The notes under the pieces are model-generated. The model made no database searches, was not told the origin of the DNA, and worked only from the letters and a program-made list of their open reading frames with translations. DNA of 60,289 bases from Aquificota bacterium (GTDB lineage Bacteria; Aquificota; Aquificia; Aquificales; Aquificaceae), in the NCBI GenBank assembly GCA_030950545.1, contig JAUZRJ010000024.1:1-60289 (forward strand), in the 5' to 3' direction. Made by a program: the position numbers and the translations under genes. Shown here in pieces: positions 1-8,731 of this stretch (its first letter is position 1; each line of letters opens with the position of its first letter).

Positions 1-260
1 GAGCTTACCATCTTCTTCAGGCTCTCGGTTATTATGGGGCAGGCTGAGGTACAGTGGGTGTATATGGGGCTCAGTATCACGGGTTTCCCCTTGAGGGAGT
101 AGAGGTTAAACTCCTCACCCTCCGAGTCAACCAGAACCACGTCCGGAACCTGCTTGCCCAGGGTCCTGCTCTCGTTGGGAGGTATGCCTGTTCCTCCGGT
201 CTGGGCGTAGGAAAAAAGAAAAAGGAAAAAAAGGGGGACGAGGGGAGCCAGAAAACGCAT
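1..260 (-). CDS. SCO1/SenC family copper chaperone (N-terminal part; runs off the window edge)
   Basis: Not in the ORF track. Manual translation from ATG at 260: MRFLAPLVPLFSFFLFSYAQ...DVVLVDSEGEEFNLYSLKGKPVILSPIYTHCTSACPIITESL, showing a signal peptide and the CxxxCP SCO motif. Starts 1 nt after the ba3 subunit I stop. Confidence 0.85.
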   Translation of the reverse strand, partial: MRFLAPLVPLFFLFLFSYAQTGGTGIPPNESRTLGKQVPDVVLVDSEGEEFNLYSLKGKPVILSPIYTHCTSACPIITESLKKMVS

Positions 261-261
261 C

Positions 262-2019
262 TTACCTCTCCTCCTTAAGAGAAAGTTTCTCATCAGGCTG
301 GTTCTGGGTCTGCTGGAGCTGTTTCAGTGGTACGGGGTACTGTTCGTTGTAGGCGGGTGAGTTGTGGAAGACTCCCCTCTGGGTAACATCGTAAAGAGGG
401 GGTATGTAGGAGAGGACCGCAAGAACTACCGCGGCAACGGTCCAGCCCTTAAGGTTGTCCAGAACGGGTGTCGGAGCGTCATGGTAAGCCTGAGCGATAG
501 GAAACTCAACGGTAGCCTCTCTTACCTTAGGTGCAAGGAGGGTCCCGAAGAAGGCTATTAGAAAGAGGACGAAGCCTATCCCGAGCAGGGCACCGCCGAC
601 TACGGAGAGCTGGGCATAGCCTACCCATTCGGGTCTGTAGAGGGGTGAGTCGGGATTAAGGTAGGTGAGTCCTGCGTTCGTTCTCCCGGGAAAGCCCTCA
701 AGGGCACCGCTGACCATCATAGCGTAGGAGAACATGAACATACCCTGCATCCAGAAGTAGGGGGCAAGTGCTGCTAGTCCTTTGAACTTCACATCCGTTC
801 CCCTGAGCTTTGAGACCATGTAAAGGGACATACCGAGGAAAGAGAGCAGAACGAGACCACCTACGGTGGTGTGAAAGTGTCCGGGAACGTAAGCTGTGTT
901 GTGGACGGTTAGGTTCAGGTTGTAAGAGGCGTTGACTATTCCGGTTATACCGCCGAAGAAGAAGAGGACAAGACCCGCAAAGAGGTAGGAGAAGAGCCAC
1001 CTGTCCCCTTCAAGCCTCAGGTAAGGAAGCCTTGTCCACCAGTAGAACTTGGAGTTCCTGACCGATGGGTCCTCAGCCTTTGCGCTGTACTCAAGGGAAG
1101 CGGCTACGGTAAAGGCGGTTATAAGGCTCGGGAGGGCAACGCAGAAGGTAAATATAGCGTGTATGAGCTTCCAGGTATTGCTTATCCCCGGCTCGGTAAA
1201 CTGGTGGTGAAGACCGACCGGCAGGGAGAAGAGCAGGAACAGGATGAAGGCGAGCCTTCCCGCAGGGTCCGAGTAGAGCTTTCCCTTTTCGGAGGCTATC
1301 TTTGGGAGCATGGTGTAGAGCATCACGTAGGCTGGTAAAAGCCAGAAGTAAACGACGGGGTGTCCGAAGAACCAGAAGAGGGTTCTTGCGAGGAGGGGGT
1401 TTATCTCATCAACCCAGCCGACCGAGAGGGGGAAGAGCTGGAAGAGTATCTCAATGGCAACAGGAGCTATCATTATCGTCCAGAGCGTGTGGTTGACCAG
1501 AACTCCAAAGACAGCGAGAGGTATCTTCTGGTCCGGGTTTTCCCTCTTCCAGGCTACGGCGTTGGGAATCCAGTCAAAGAAGAAGGGGAGGAGCGACCCG
1601 ACAACGAGAAGAACAGCACCTATGTAAAAGGTCCAGTGGGCTATGAGGGGTGGGTAGAAGGTGTAGAGAACGGTCGCCTTCTTGGTAAACATAGCCCAGG
1701 CTGCCATCAGTGTGCCACCCACCATCATCAGCCAGGCGAGCCACTGTACCCCGGGTCTGAGGGGCTTTTTCAGGGCGTAAAGCACAACTCCGTTTCCGAA
1801 GGCAACAGCGAAGAAGGTCGTAAAGACTATAGCGTTTATAACTCCGTGGAGGGTAAGCCCCTGATAGTAGTCAATACCGAGAAAGGAGTCAGCCTTTATG
1901 ATCCCTGCCCTGTAGAGGACCTGCATAACGCCGTGATACACACCGAAGATGAGCAGAAGCAGTGGGAAGACTATCTCACTCAGGATAATGAACCTTATGC
2001 TTCCCTCAACTCTCATCAC
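262..2019 (-). CDS. coxA2: B-family (ba3-type) heme-copper oxidase subunit I
   Basis: Multiple TM helices; LTLHG, WFFGHPVVYFW, HHQF and GHFH ligand motifs typical of ba3/CbaA. Confidence 0.93.
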   Translation of the reverse strand: MMRVEGSIRFIILSEIVFPLLLLIFGVYHGVMQVLYRAGIIKADSFLGIDYYQGLTLHGVINAIVFTTFFAVAFGNGVVLYALKKPLRPGVQWLAWLMMVGGTLMAAWAMFTKKATVLYTFYPPLIAHWTFYIGAVLLVVGSLLPFFFDWIPNAVAWKRENPDQKIPLAVFGVLVNHTLWTIMIAPVAIEILFQLFPLSVGWVDEINPLLARTLFWFFGHPVVYFWLLPAYVMLYTMLPKIASEKGKLYSDPAGRLAFILFLLFSLPVGLHHQFTEPGISNTWKLIHAIFTFCVALPSLITAFTVAASLEYSAKAEDPSVRNSKFYWWTRLPYLRLEGDRWLFSYLFAGLVLFFFGGITGIVNASYNLNLTVHNTAYVPGHFHTTVGGLVLLSFLGMSLYMVSKLRGTDVKFKGLAALAPYFWMQGMFMFSYAMMVSGALEGFPGRTNAGLTYLNPDSPLYRPEWVGYAQLSVVGGALLGIGFVLFLIAFFGTLLAPKVREATVEFPIAQAYHDAPTPVLDNLKGWTVAAVVLAVLSYIPPLYDVTQRGVFHNSPAYNEQYPVPLKQLQQTQNQPDEKLSLKEER

Positions 2020-2027
2020 CTTACCTC

Positions 2028-2477
2028 CTACTTAACAACTATCTTTGCCTGCATGGCGTGGTGCCCAACACCGCAGAACTCATGACAGACTACATGGTAA
2101 ACTCCAAGCTTCGTGAACTTGTACCTGGCGTAGTTCACCGTCCCGGGGATAGCCATCAGGTTCACCGTAGTCCCGTTTATGTGCATGCCGTGAACCACGT
2201 CCGCGGAGGTCAGGTATATATCCACCGTTGAGCCCGCGGGTATCTCTATCTCCTGCTTACCCCTGTCAAGGTCAAACAACCACATCTTCGCAACTATGTG
2301 TAGCTCATACCTTCCTTCCGCATGCTTTATGAGCTTGCCTTCTGTAAAAGGCCTCACATCCGTTACACAAGTCGGCAGGTCTATATCCAAACCCTTTGAT
2401 GCATAGACTATTAGAGCCATAAAAAAGACGAGAAGACCTACAGACAAGTACAGAGCTTTCTTTTCAGCTTTGTCCAT
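2028..2477 (-). CDS. coxB2: ba3-type cytochrome c oxidase subunit II (CuA)
   Basis: Single N-terminal TM helix; DVVHG and CHEFCGVGHHAM CuA motif. Confidence 0.92.
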   Translation of the reverse strand: MDKAEKKALYLSVGLLVFFMALIVYASKGLDIDLPTCVTDVRPFTEGKLIKHAEGRYELHIVAKMWLFDLDRGKQEIEIPAGSTVDIYLTSADVVHGMHINGTTVNLMAIPGTVNYARYKFTKLGVYHVVCHEFCGVGHHAMQAKIVVK

Positions 2478-2482
2478 ATCTG

Positions 2483-2599
2483 TTACCTCCTTTCAAGAAG
2501 AAGCAGGTACGTGAGTAACCACAGGAACGCATAAAAAGCGACGAAAAGAAGGAAAAAACTCACCGCACCTTTTGGAAAGAACTTTTCCTCTCCCTTCAT
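2483..2599 (-). CDS. ba3 oxidase small subunit IIa (38 aa, single TM helix)
   Basis: Below the ORF-track cutoff: MKGEEKFFPKGAVSFFLLFVAFYAFLWLLTYLLLLERR*. GGAGGTG SD upstream; sits immediately before subunit II; PKGA..F..W...Y pattern resembles CoxIIa/CbaD. Confidence 0.85.
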   Translation of the reverse strand: MKGEEKFFPKGAVSFFLLFVAFYAFLWLLTYLLLLERR

Positions 2600-2619
2600 G
2601 GTCCGACACCTCCGGTTAG

Positions 2620-2666
2620 TTAGTCCTTTCTAATAAGATCTTAAGTTAGTACACACAAACTTTCAA
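2620..2666 (-). promoter_or_regulatory. sigma70-type promoter of the ba3 operon with two TTAGT-N4-ACTAA-like operator copies
   Basis: Minus strand TTGAAA (2661-2666), 17-bp spacer, TAAGAT (2638-2643). Operator-like sites at 2620-2633 and 2646-2659 match the palindrome upstream of sqr at 12/14 and 11/14. Confidence 0.6.
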
Positions 2667-2710
2667 GCCCTAATTAAAATGATTTAAGGGTCAAAAATTC
2701 ATAATTTTTT

Positions 2711-2736
2711 AAAAAAGGGAGCCCCAAAAGGGGCCC
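2711..2736 (-). terminator. Intrinsic terminator after the aa3 operon
   Basis: Minus strand GGGCCCC-TTTT-GGGGCTCCC followed by a T run, about 30 nt after the coxA1 stop. Confidence 0.7.
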
Positions 2737-2766
2737 AAGAAGGACGGCTCAGGAGGTTGCTCGGAT

Positions 2767-4380
2767 CTAAAAGGTGGGAGGTGCCCCGTACTTGTAGGGG
2801 TGGTAATCGGGTTCTACCTTGGGAGGCTTTTCACCGAAGTTGTCCACGGGAGCGGGGGAGTCTATCCTCCACTCAAGGGAGGGCGACTGCCACGGGTTGG
2901 CGGGAGCCTTCTCACCGCTGGTTATACCCTTAACTATACCTATCAGGAAGACCAGAACTCCGAGACCCAGTATAAGAGCCCCAACGGTGGATATCTGGTT
3001 AAGGACTACCCACTCGGGTATGGGGGGATAGTCCGGATACCTCCTCGGCATACCTATGAAGCCAGCAACCATCTGGGAGAAGTAAAAGATGTTCGCTCCT
3101 ATGAACACAAGCCAGAAGCTTATCTTACCGAGGTTCTCAGGGTACATCTTCCCTATCACCTTGGGGAACCAGAAGATAACCGCTCCGAATATACCCAGGG
3201 TCAGGGCCATCCCCAGGACGTAGTGGAAGTGGCCCACCACAAAGAGTGAGTCGTGGACCCCGAGGTCTATGGCGACCATAGCGTTAGGTATGCCGGTGAG
3301 ACCGCCTATGAGGAACATGAAGATACCGCCCAAGGTATAGAGCATAGGAGACCTCAGGATTATAGCACCGCCATGGAGTGTGGCGACCCAGTTGAAGATC
3401 TTGACTCCTGTGGGAACCGCAACCAGGACCGTGGTGTAGGACATCAGGACCCTTGCCCAGTCGGGAACCCCGGAGGTGAACATGTGGTGTATCCAGACTA
3501 TGAAGCTGATCACCGTGATGCCCCATATCGCGAACACCATCGACTTGTAACCGAAGATGGGCTTTCTGGCGAAGGTGGACAGGATCTCAGAGTAGAAACC
3601 GAATATAGGAATTATCATCACGTAGACCGCAGGATGGGAGTAGAACCAGAAAACGTTCTGGTAAAGGAGCGGGTCTCCTCCGAGTGCTGGGTTGAAGAAG
3701 TTGGTCCCGAGATACCTGTCCAGGAAGAGCATGGTCACAGCACCCGCGAGGGACGGAACTCCTATGAGCTGTATGACGTTTGCGGCGATCAGGGAGTGTA
3801 CGTATAGGTTTGTGTTCCAGAAGCCTATGCCGGGCGCCCTCATCCTTATGTAGGTCGTTATGAAGTTAACAGCTGTAGCTATTGAGGAAACTCCGAGGAG
3901 GTGTATGGCGAACACGTAGTAGGCGGTAACCCCCGCATCCGCGTGGGCCGCGTAGGGAGGGTATCCCGTCCACATCATCTTTATGTGGTTGCCGGGTATG
4001 AGGGTGAGAAGGACTATAACGCTTGCTCCGAAGAAGGCCCAGTAGCTGAGGGCGTTGAGCCTGGGGAAGGCCACGTCCCTTGCCCCTATCATCAGTGGTA
4101 GCAGGAAGTTACCGAACCCCCCTATGTGGGCGGCTATGGCCCACCACAGGAGCATCACCGCACCGTGTCCTGTGAGGAGGTAGTTGTAAAAGCCCGGGCT
4201 TACCACCTGAAAGCCTGGTGAGTTTTGCTCGAACCTTATCAGGAGACCGAACAGACCCGCTACTATGAAGAACACAAGACCTGTTGTGAAGTAGAGGATA
4301 CCTATCTTCTTGTGGTCGGTTGTGAAGATCCACTCCTTAAGCCCTGCTGAGAACCAGGGGACAGCAACAGCCTCTCTCAT
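2767..4380 (-). CDS. coxA1: A2-family (aa3-type) cytochrome c oxidase subunit I
   Basis: TTDHKKIG, FWFYSHPAVY (YS motif of type A2), WIHHMF, GHFHYV, GMPRRY. Confidence 0.95.
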   Translation of the reverse strand: MREAVAVPWFSAGLKEWIFTTDHKKIGILYFTTGLVFFIVAGLFGLLIRFEQNSPGFQVVSPGFYNYLLTGHGAVMLLWWAIAAHIGGFGNFLLPLMIGARDVAFPRLNALSYWAFFGASVIVLLTLIPGNHIKMMWTGYPPYAAHADAGVTAYYVFAIHLLGVSSIATAVNFITTYIRMRAPGIGFWNTNLYVHSLIAANVIQLIGVPSLAGAVTMLFLDRYLGTNFFNPALGGDPLLYQNVFWFYSHPAVYVMIIPIFGFYSEILSTFARKPIFGYKSMVFAIWGITVISFIVWIHHMFTSGVPDWARVLMSYTTVLVAVPTGVKIFNWVATLHGGAIILRSPMLYTLGGIFMFLIGGLTGIPNAMVAIDLGVHDSLFVVGHFHYVLGMALTLGIFGAVIFWFPKVIGKMYPENLGKISFWLVFIGANIFYFSQMVAGFIGMPRRYPDYPPIPEWVVLNQISTVGALILGLGVLVFLIGIVKGITSGEKAPANPWQSPSLEWRIDSPAPVDNFGEKPPKVEPDYHPYKYGAPPTF

Positions 4381-4395
4381 CTCACCGCACCTCCT

Positions 4396-5100
4396 TTATA
4401 TGTTCTCCCCTGCTTCCTTCTTAGCCAAGTCTGAACCGCCCCTGAGCCACAGGGCAAACTGCTCGGGCGGGACCACCTTCAGCTTGGCGAACATGTGGGA
4501 GTGGCCCGTCCCGCAGAACTCCCTGCAGAAGACCCAGTACTCACCTGGCTTGTTGATCTGGAACCAGAGGTAGGTGATCCTTCCCGGAACCGCATCCTCC
4601 ACTATCTTGGCAGGCATCACGTAGAAGGCGTGTATAACGTCCATGGAGGTCAGGAGTACCTTTATGGGTCTTCCCGCTGGGACGACTATCTTCTGCTCTT
4701 CAGGAGTTTCGTAGCTCGTCGGGTTATAGGCGGTCACAACGGTCCTTATAGTGTTCCCCTGATCGTCCAGATACTCGACCTGCCATCCCCACATAAAGCC
4801 TGTGACCTTCAATGTCATGGCGCCTTCGGGAACGGTTCTCTGCTTTTTGAACACCGCGAAAGAGTACGTGGCCAGGACCAGAACCACTATGGTGGGGACT
4901 ATTGTCCAGAGGGCTTCAAGACCCCAGTGGCCGTGCTTCTCGTGGTCTCCGACCTCCCTTTCACCCGGCTTGAACCTGTACTTGAAGATGAAGTAAAGTC
5001 CGGGAATTGCGGTTACCGAGTAGATGACCACAGCCACAACGAGCCAAACGATGACCGCCTCGTTCCACCACTTGGCGGGATAGGCCAGTACCTGGTCCAT
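4396..5100 (-). CDS. coxB: Cytochrome c oxidase subunit II (CuA)
   Basis: Two TM helices, LEALWTIVP, DVIH, CREFCGTGHSHM. Confidence 0.93.
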   Translation of the reverse strand: MDQVLAYPAKWWNEAVIVWLVVAVVIYSVTAIPGLYFIFKYRFKPGEREVGDHEKHGHWGLEALWTIVPTIVVLVLATYSFAVFKKQRTVPEGAMTLKVTGFMWGWQVEYLDDQGNTIRTVVTAYNPTSYETPEEQKIVVPAGRPIKVLLTSMDVIHAFYVMPAKIVEDAVPGRITYLWFQINKPGEYWVFCREFCGTGHSHMFAKLKVVPPEQFALWLRGGSDLAKKEAGENI

Positions 5101-5103
5101 AGC

Positions 5104-5895
5104 CTACACCTCCCTTTTTACTAACCTGCCCGATATAAGGGCAAAGAGGGCGACGCCCCCGAAGAGGGCAAAACCTATACCTCCGAAGATCACGGTCGGG
5201 CTTATAACAAAGGTGCTCCTCGAAGGGTCATAGGTATAACAGACGAGAAGGGCGAGGTCCACAAGGGAGTTCAGGGAGACCTTTCCACTGCTCGCCTCAG
5301 TAAGGGCTATCCTCACGTCCTTCTCTTCGGGGTTCACACCGAACAGGTAACGGGTGATACGTCCCTCCGGAGAGATGAATATGTAAGCGTTGGGGTGAAC
5401 GAAGGTTTTGTCCCTTTCAGAGTAGAAGAACTTAAAACCCACACTTCTGGTCAGCGTGTCTATGTCCTCGCCCCTCAAGAGGCCGAAGACCCAGTGGTCG
5501 GTAAAGGGTCCGTGGGCGGAAACAAACTTCCTCAAGTCATCAAGGGTGTCCTCCCTGTCAAAGGACAGGACGAGAACCCTGAAGTCCCTGTCCTTTAGGG
5601 AGGAGCTCTTTATCAACCTGTTCAGGCTGTCTATCCTCAACGGACAGGAACCCTCACACGTGTAGTAGGAAAGGAGCAGGATCGCGGGCTTGTCCCCTAT
5701 AAGGTCGTAAACTCTCGTCCTTGTTCCGTCTTCCAGAAACACCTCCACATCAGCGACGAAGCTACCCAGGTATTTGCTCTCGTCTATCTTCAGTATGGAC
5801 GGGTCGAAGAAGTCCTTCTTAAAGACCTGGGCTCCTCCGACAACCGTTGAGAAGGACAAACCCGCAAGAAGCAGAAGGAGCAGAACTCCCCTCAT
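5104..5895 (-). CDS. SCO family protein (oxidase assembly)
   Basis: YYTCEGSCP motif, later FVHP, C-terminal TM helix. Start reassigned to ATG 5895 (MRGVLLLL), overlapping the coxC stop as ATGA. Confidence 0.85.
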   Translation of the reverse strand: MRGVLLLLLLAGLSFSTVVGGAQVFKKDFFDPSILKIDESKYLGSFVADVEVFLEDGTRTRVYDLIGDKPAILLLSYYTCEGSCPLRIDSLNRLIKSSSLKDRDFRVLVLSFDREDTLDDLRKFVSAHGPFTDHWVFGLLRGEDIDTLTRSVGFKFFYSERDKTFVHPNAYIFISPEGRITRYLFGVNPEEKDVRIALTEASSGKVSLNSLVDLALLVCYTYDPSRSTFVISPTVIFGGIGFALFGGVALFALISGRLVKREV

Positions 5896-6671
5896 ATCGC
5901 GGTGCTCCCGACGAGGTAGGCTGTTCCCGCGACGAGCATCCACATGACATCAACAAAGTGCCAGTAAACTGAGACACCCTTCATGACCGTCGGCTTTTCT
6001 TTTGTCATCTTCCCGCTTATCAGGAGCCACATGACATAGAGCTGGGCGAGCAGGCCCACGAGAACGTGAGAGGTGTGAAGACCTGTCAGGGAGTAAAAGC
6101 CCGTCCCGTACATGTTCGAGCTGAGGGTGAAACCTTCCGCCCAGAGGTGAGACCACTCCCTGACGTGAAGGATCACAAACAGAGCCCCAAGGATAAATGT
6201 CAGGAAGGTCCACATCAGAGCCTTTCCCGTGTCACCCTCCTCTTCGAGGGTTACCTCAGCTTTAAATATAGTAAAGCTGGATGCCCAGAGGATCAGGGTA
6301 AGTATACCCGCCATGGTCAGGCTCACACCCTCGGGGACCCATTTAGTCCACTCGTCCGCGTGGGTGGTCCTCGCCATCCAGAAAGCGGCGAACAGCGTTC
6401 CGAAGATGACTATCTCGTAGACCAGAAACGTAAACGTCCCAAGCCACCCGAACCCTACGTCCGACTCCCTCGTGAAGTGTTCGTTTGCCCAGCCCGCCAC
6501 ACCGATAAGTATGAGGACTAAGGCGACACCCCCAAGGATTAGTCCCGCAAGAGGTTTCTGGTAGTGGAAGAACAGGGTTATAGCTATAGGAACCAGGAGG
6601 GTCCCTATGCCGGTGGGCAAAGGCCACACACTCCACTCATGGTGGGCTTCATGGACAGCTCCCTGCGCCAT
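5892..6671 (-). CDS. coxC: Cytochrome c oxidase subunit III
   Basis: FYSLTGLHTSHV and YWHFVDVMW motifs. Confidence 0.93.
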   Translation of the reverse strand: MAQGAVHEAHHEWSVWPLPTGIGTLLVPIAITLFFHYQKPLAGLILGGVALVLILIGVAGWANEHFTRESDVGFGWLGTFTFLVYEIVIFGTLFAAFWMARTTHADEWTKWVPEGVSLTMAGILTLILWASSFTIFKAEVTLEEEGDTGKALMWTFLTFILGALFVILHVREWSHLWAEGFTLSSNMYGTGFYSLTGLHTSHVLVGLLAQLYVMWLLISGKMTKEKPTVMKGVSVYWHFVDVMWMLVAGTAYLVGSTAI

Positions 6672-6708
6672 CTCAGTCCCTCCTTAAAGTAAACATGTGT
6701 TCAAACCC

Positions 6709-6761
6709 CTGATATAAATCAGCTTGACATATATCATATAGCTCGGGCCCATGAAGTGCAA
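6709..6761 (-). promoter_or_regulatory. Promoter of the aa3 operon overlapped by two FNR/CRP-family-like boxes
   Basis: Minus strand TTGCAC (6756-6761)-N17-TATGAT (6733-6738). CTGAT-ATAA-ATCAG at 6709-6722 and TTGAC-ATAT-ATCAT at 6724-6737. Confidence 0.5.
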
Positions 6762-6827
6762 GTCTTTCTTGAAGAAAAATGAGTTCCAGGTAAGATTTTC
6801 ACTTCTATAAAATTTGACAGTTTGGAC

Positions 6828-6856
6828 TATAATTTAAAAGAGTTAGTACTTACTAA
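6828..6856 (+). promoter_or_regulatory. -10 element and palindromic operator upstream of sqr-tetR
   Basis: TATAAT at 6828-6833, then inverted repeat TTAGTA-CT-TACTAA at 6843-6856. Confidence 0.6.
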
Positions 6857-6876
6857 ACAGAGCGGGAGGTGATGCC

Positions 6877-8142
6877 ATGAGAAAGCGTGTGGTGATAGTG
6901 GGAGGAGGGATAGGAGGTCTCGCAACCGCTTACAACCTCAAGACGCTCTCTCCGGGCATCGAGATAACCCTTGTATCCGACAGGCCGTACTTCGGTTTCA
7001 CGCCCAGCTATCCTCATCTCGCCATGGGTTGGAGGAAGGCTGAGGAGATAACGGTCCCCCTTGCCCCTCTGCTCCCGAAGTTCGGTATAGAGTTTATCAA
7101 CGAAAGGGCGGAAAGGATAGACCCGGACAGCTGTAAGGTTTTCACAGAGAGCGGGAGGGAAATAGGCTACGACTACCTGGTCATAGCGACAGGTCCGAAG
7201 CTAGTGTTCGGGGCTGAAGGTATGGAACACAACTCCGTCTCCATATGTACCCTGGAGCACACCACAGGAGCGAAAAGGAAGTTCGAGGAGTTCTGCAGGG
7301 ACCCAGGACCTGTTGTTGTGGGTGCCATACCTGGGGTTAGCTGTTTTGGGCCCGCCTACGAGTACGCCCTCATGATCCACCACGAGCTTGTGAAGAGAGG
7401 TCTCAGAAGAAAGGTCCCAATAACTTACATAACCTCAGAGCCCTTTCTGGGACACCTCGGTCTCGGTGGTGTGGGAAACTCCAGAAGGCTTATGGAAGAC
7501 CTGTTTGCGGAAAAGGACATAAGTTATATAACCAACGTCAAGGTTACCGGGGTGGAAAAGGACAGGGTGGTTTACGAGGACCTGGGAGGGAGATCCCACG
7601 AGATACCTTCCAAGTTCACCATGATCATGCCGAGATTTGCGGGACCGGATGTGGTGGTTTCCGCGGGAGATAAGGTAGCACACCCCAAGAACGGTATGGT
7701 GACCGTAAACAGGTGTCTTCAGAACCCGACTTACAGCAACATCTACGGTGTTGGGGTTGTGGTCTTCCTGCCCCCCGTTGAAAAAACACCTGTTCCGACG
7801 GGGACGCCGAAAACAGGCCAGATGATAGAGGGTATGGCCAGGGCTGTTGCCCTCAACATAGTCGCGGATATGTCCAACTCGAGGGAGAGATACGCTCCTA
7901 CCTTCGCTGCTATATGTATAGCGGACTCTGGAGAGGAGGGTGTCGGGTTCATCGCCAATCCCGTAATACCGCCGAGGGAGTGGGTGAAGGCCAAGAAAGG
8001 CAGGATCGTACGCTGGGCAAAGACAGCTTTTGAAAAATACTTCCTGTGGAAAATAAGGAGAGGTAATATATCACCCTGGTTCGAGGAGAAGTTCCTCGAG
8101 AGGGTCCTCGGCATAAGAGCGGTTGAACCCTGTGAAGTCTGA
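6877..8142 (+). CDS. sqr: Sulfide:quinone oxidoreductase
   Basis: GGGIGG FAD motif; the three SQR cysteines in SICT, SCFGPAYE and AICIAD; PKTG motif. Confidence 0.9.
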   Translation: MRKRVVIVGGGIGGLATAYNLKTLSPGIEITLVSDRPYFGFTPSYPHLAMGWRKAEEITVPLAPLLPKFGIEFINERAERIDPDSCKVFTESGREIGYDYLVIATGPKLVFGAEGMEHNSVSICTLEHTTGAKRKFEEFCRDPGPVVVGAIPGVSCFGPAYEYALMIHHELVKRGLRRKVPITYITSEPFLGHLGLGGVGNSRRLMEDLFAEKDISYITNVKVTGVEKDRVVYEDLGGRSHEIPSKFTMIMPRFAGPDVVVSAGDKVAHPKNGMVTVNRCLQNPTYSNIYGVGVVVFLPPVEKTPVPTGTPKTGQMIEGMARAVALNIVADMSNSRERYAPTFAAICIADSGEEGVGFIANPVIPPREWVKAKKGRIVRWAKTAFEKYFLWKIRRGNISPWFEEKFLERVLGIRAVEPCEV

Positions 8143-8155
8143 TATACTTACAGTG

Positions 8156-8731
8156 ATGACCGACACACGGGAACGCATACTCAGAGTAGGAGCCCAGATA
8201 ATAGCCTACGAAGGCCTCAGGATGTTCACCGCAAAGAACATAGGTGAAAGGCTCGGTATATCCGACGCGGCTATATTCAAACACTTCCCGTCGATGGACG
8301 CGATAGCGGAGGAGATCGTATCCAGATACACGGAGGAGTGCTTGAGGAGGGTTGAGGAGGCCACAAGGAAGGGAACAAACGCCCTCGAGAAGCTCGACCT
8401 CATCCTGGAAGGCCATATGGACCTCCTGGAGGAGACAAGGGGTATAACCCCTATACTCTGCTTTGAGTTTTCGAGGAGCGGTAAGAAGAAGATAAGGCGC
8501 ATGATCTTCGACTTTTTAAACACGTACGCGAGAAAGGTAAGGGACGTGCTTGAGGAGGGTATAACCGAAGGGACCATAAGGGAGGACATAGATACGGAGG
8601 AGGTGAGCTTTTTCCTGATCGGCTTTATGCAGGCGAAGGTTTTCCAGTGGTTCATAAGGGGCAGGAAAGGCAGGATCATAAGGGACAGGGAGACCGTCAA
8701 GAAGGTTATCATAGACGGCCTTAAAGCCTAA
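8156..8731 (+). CDS. TetR/AcrR family transcriptional regulator
   Basis: N-terminal HTH (TAKNIGERLGISDAAIFKHF). ATG 8156 preferred over the 8123 start. Confidence 0.9.
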   Translation: MTDTRERILRVGAQIIAYEGLRMFTAKNIGERLGISDAAIFKHFPSMDAIAEEIVSRYTEECLRRVEEATRKGTNALEKLDLILEGHMDLLEETRGITPILCFEFSRSGKKKIRRMIFDFLNTYARKVRDVLEEGITEGTIREDIDTEEVSFFLIGFMQAKVFQWFIRGRKGRIIRDRETVKKVIIDGLKA

